Source: Takakia lepidozioides (lineage: Eukaryota > Plantae > Bryophyta). From it: 64,000 nt of DNA. The stretch is taken from contig CM060732.1 of the NCBI GenBank assembly GCA_030704615.1, positions 7,502,001 to 7,566,000 on the forward strand. The letters run 5' to 3'. Positions 63,347 through 64,000 of the stretch are shown here, piece after piece. The translations under genes were made by a program, and so were the position numbers. The notes beneath the pieces were generated by a model, which was given only the letters and a program-made list of their open reading frames with translations, was not told where the DNA came from and ran no database searches. Within the stretch, counting starts at the first letter, position 1; every line of letters starts with the position of its first letter.

Positions 63347-64000
63347 TATGTAAGCTGAAAGTTACATAGCCTAAGAGCCTGCAGACAGCAGGATTTGGTC
63401 TTCTACCCGACAAAGGCGACCTACTTGTGAAAAGGTCCCTTTTGGACCTGTGGCCTGATTGGGGTGTAATTCTCACAGGACAGATGAACTGCTATGCATT
63501 ACAGGAACTCAACAGCCCGCTTCAACAAGAGAAGAGCCTAAAGCACTACAATGAGATCTCAGTTTGACCCAGCTGATGTCAGAGGCCATGGTTGCTATCA
63601 CTTCTTCACAGTGACAACCAGCACCTCAGTTGCCGACAGCTACAGTGCAGGCTTCTTCAGTGTTTACATAGTGCCTCCATTACTCTGGGTCAGCCATGAT
63701 TTGTAGGTGCTGAGTTGGCAGGTCCTATGCAAAAACAAAAAAAAGGGTAGAGATGTGTCCAAGTACAGGGTTTAGTACATGGAGTAGGCATCCTGAAGCC
63801 TGTAAGGCCCACTCAGATCTGAAAGCAAGGTCAGGAAGGAAAACCAACCATCGTAGAAGAATGAAGGTAAAGCTATGACTCTTCCCACACTGACATATTT
63901 CAGAAATCAATAATGGTGGAAACATGACCCTCCCCTGTTCTTTACCTTTTCCATCCAGTGTGCTAGTCCTTCCAAAGGCGGAATTCAGAGCATCTAACCA

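Noticed and set aside
63936-64000. Additional nicastrin exon (LDALNSAFGRTSTLDGK)
   Set aside because: The expected following NPGIPPSS-type exon was not found between it and 63209, so it cannot be placed confidently.

Overview
Eukaryotic, gene-dense, intron-rich land-plant DNA. Short GT-AG introns, moderate GC and a bryophyte-type PLS-PPR remnant suggest a non-seed plant such as a hornwort, but this is inference. Eight spliced protein genes were reconstructed by hand: KDSA (5'-truncated by the window, +), ORC4 (+), a DRB2/3/5-type dsRNA-binding protein (+), a bacterial-type GHL10/YddW-like glycoside hydrolase (-), a conserved plant DUF7796-like membrane-anchored protein (-), ACBP4-type acyl-CoA-binding Kelch protein (+), eIF2-alpha (+) and the 3' part of nicastrin (-). 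Mobile DNA includes a decayed 2.8-kb RTE/RTEX-like LINE in a KDSA intron. Three very short 3'-end copies of that LINE lie in introns of ORC4, ACBP4 and nicastrin; all four end in GTACA with no poly(A). Also present are a CRE/R2-like restriction-endonuclease retroelement remnant, tRNA-derived SINEs, several MITEs/foldbacks and a possible hAT-like element carrying a PPR fragment. Most notable: the intronised bacterial-type GHL10 gene (HGT or plastid-peptidoglycan candidate), the tail-less LINE family and an apparent 1-nt frameshift in the nicastrin transmembrane exon.
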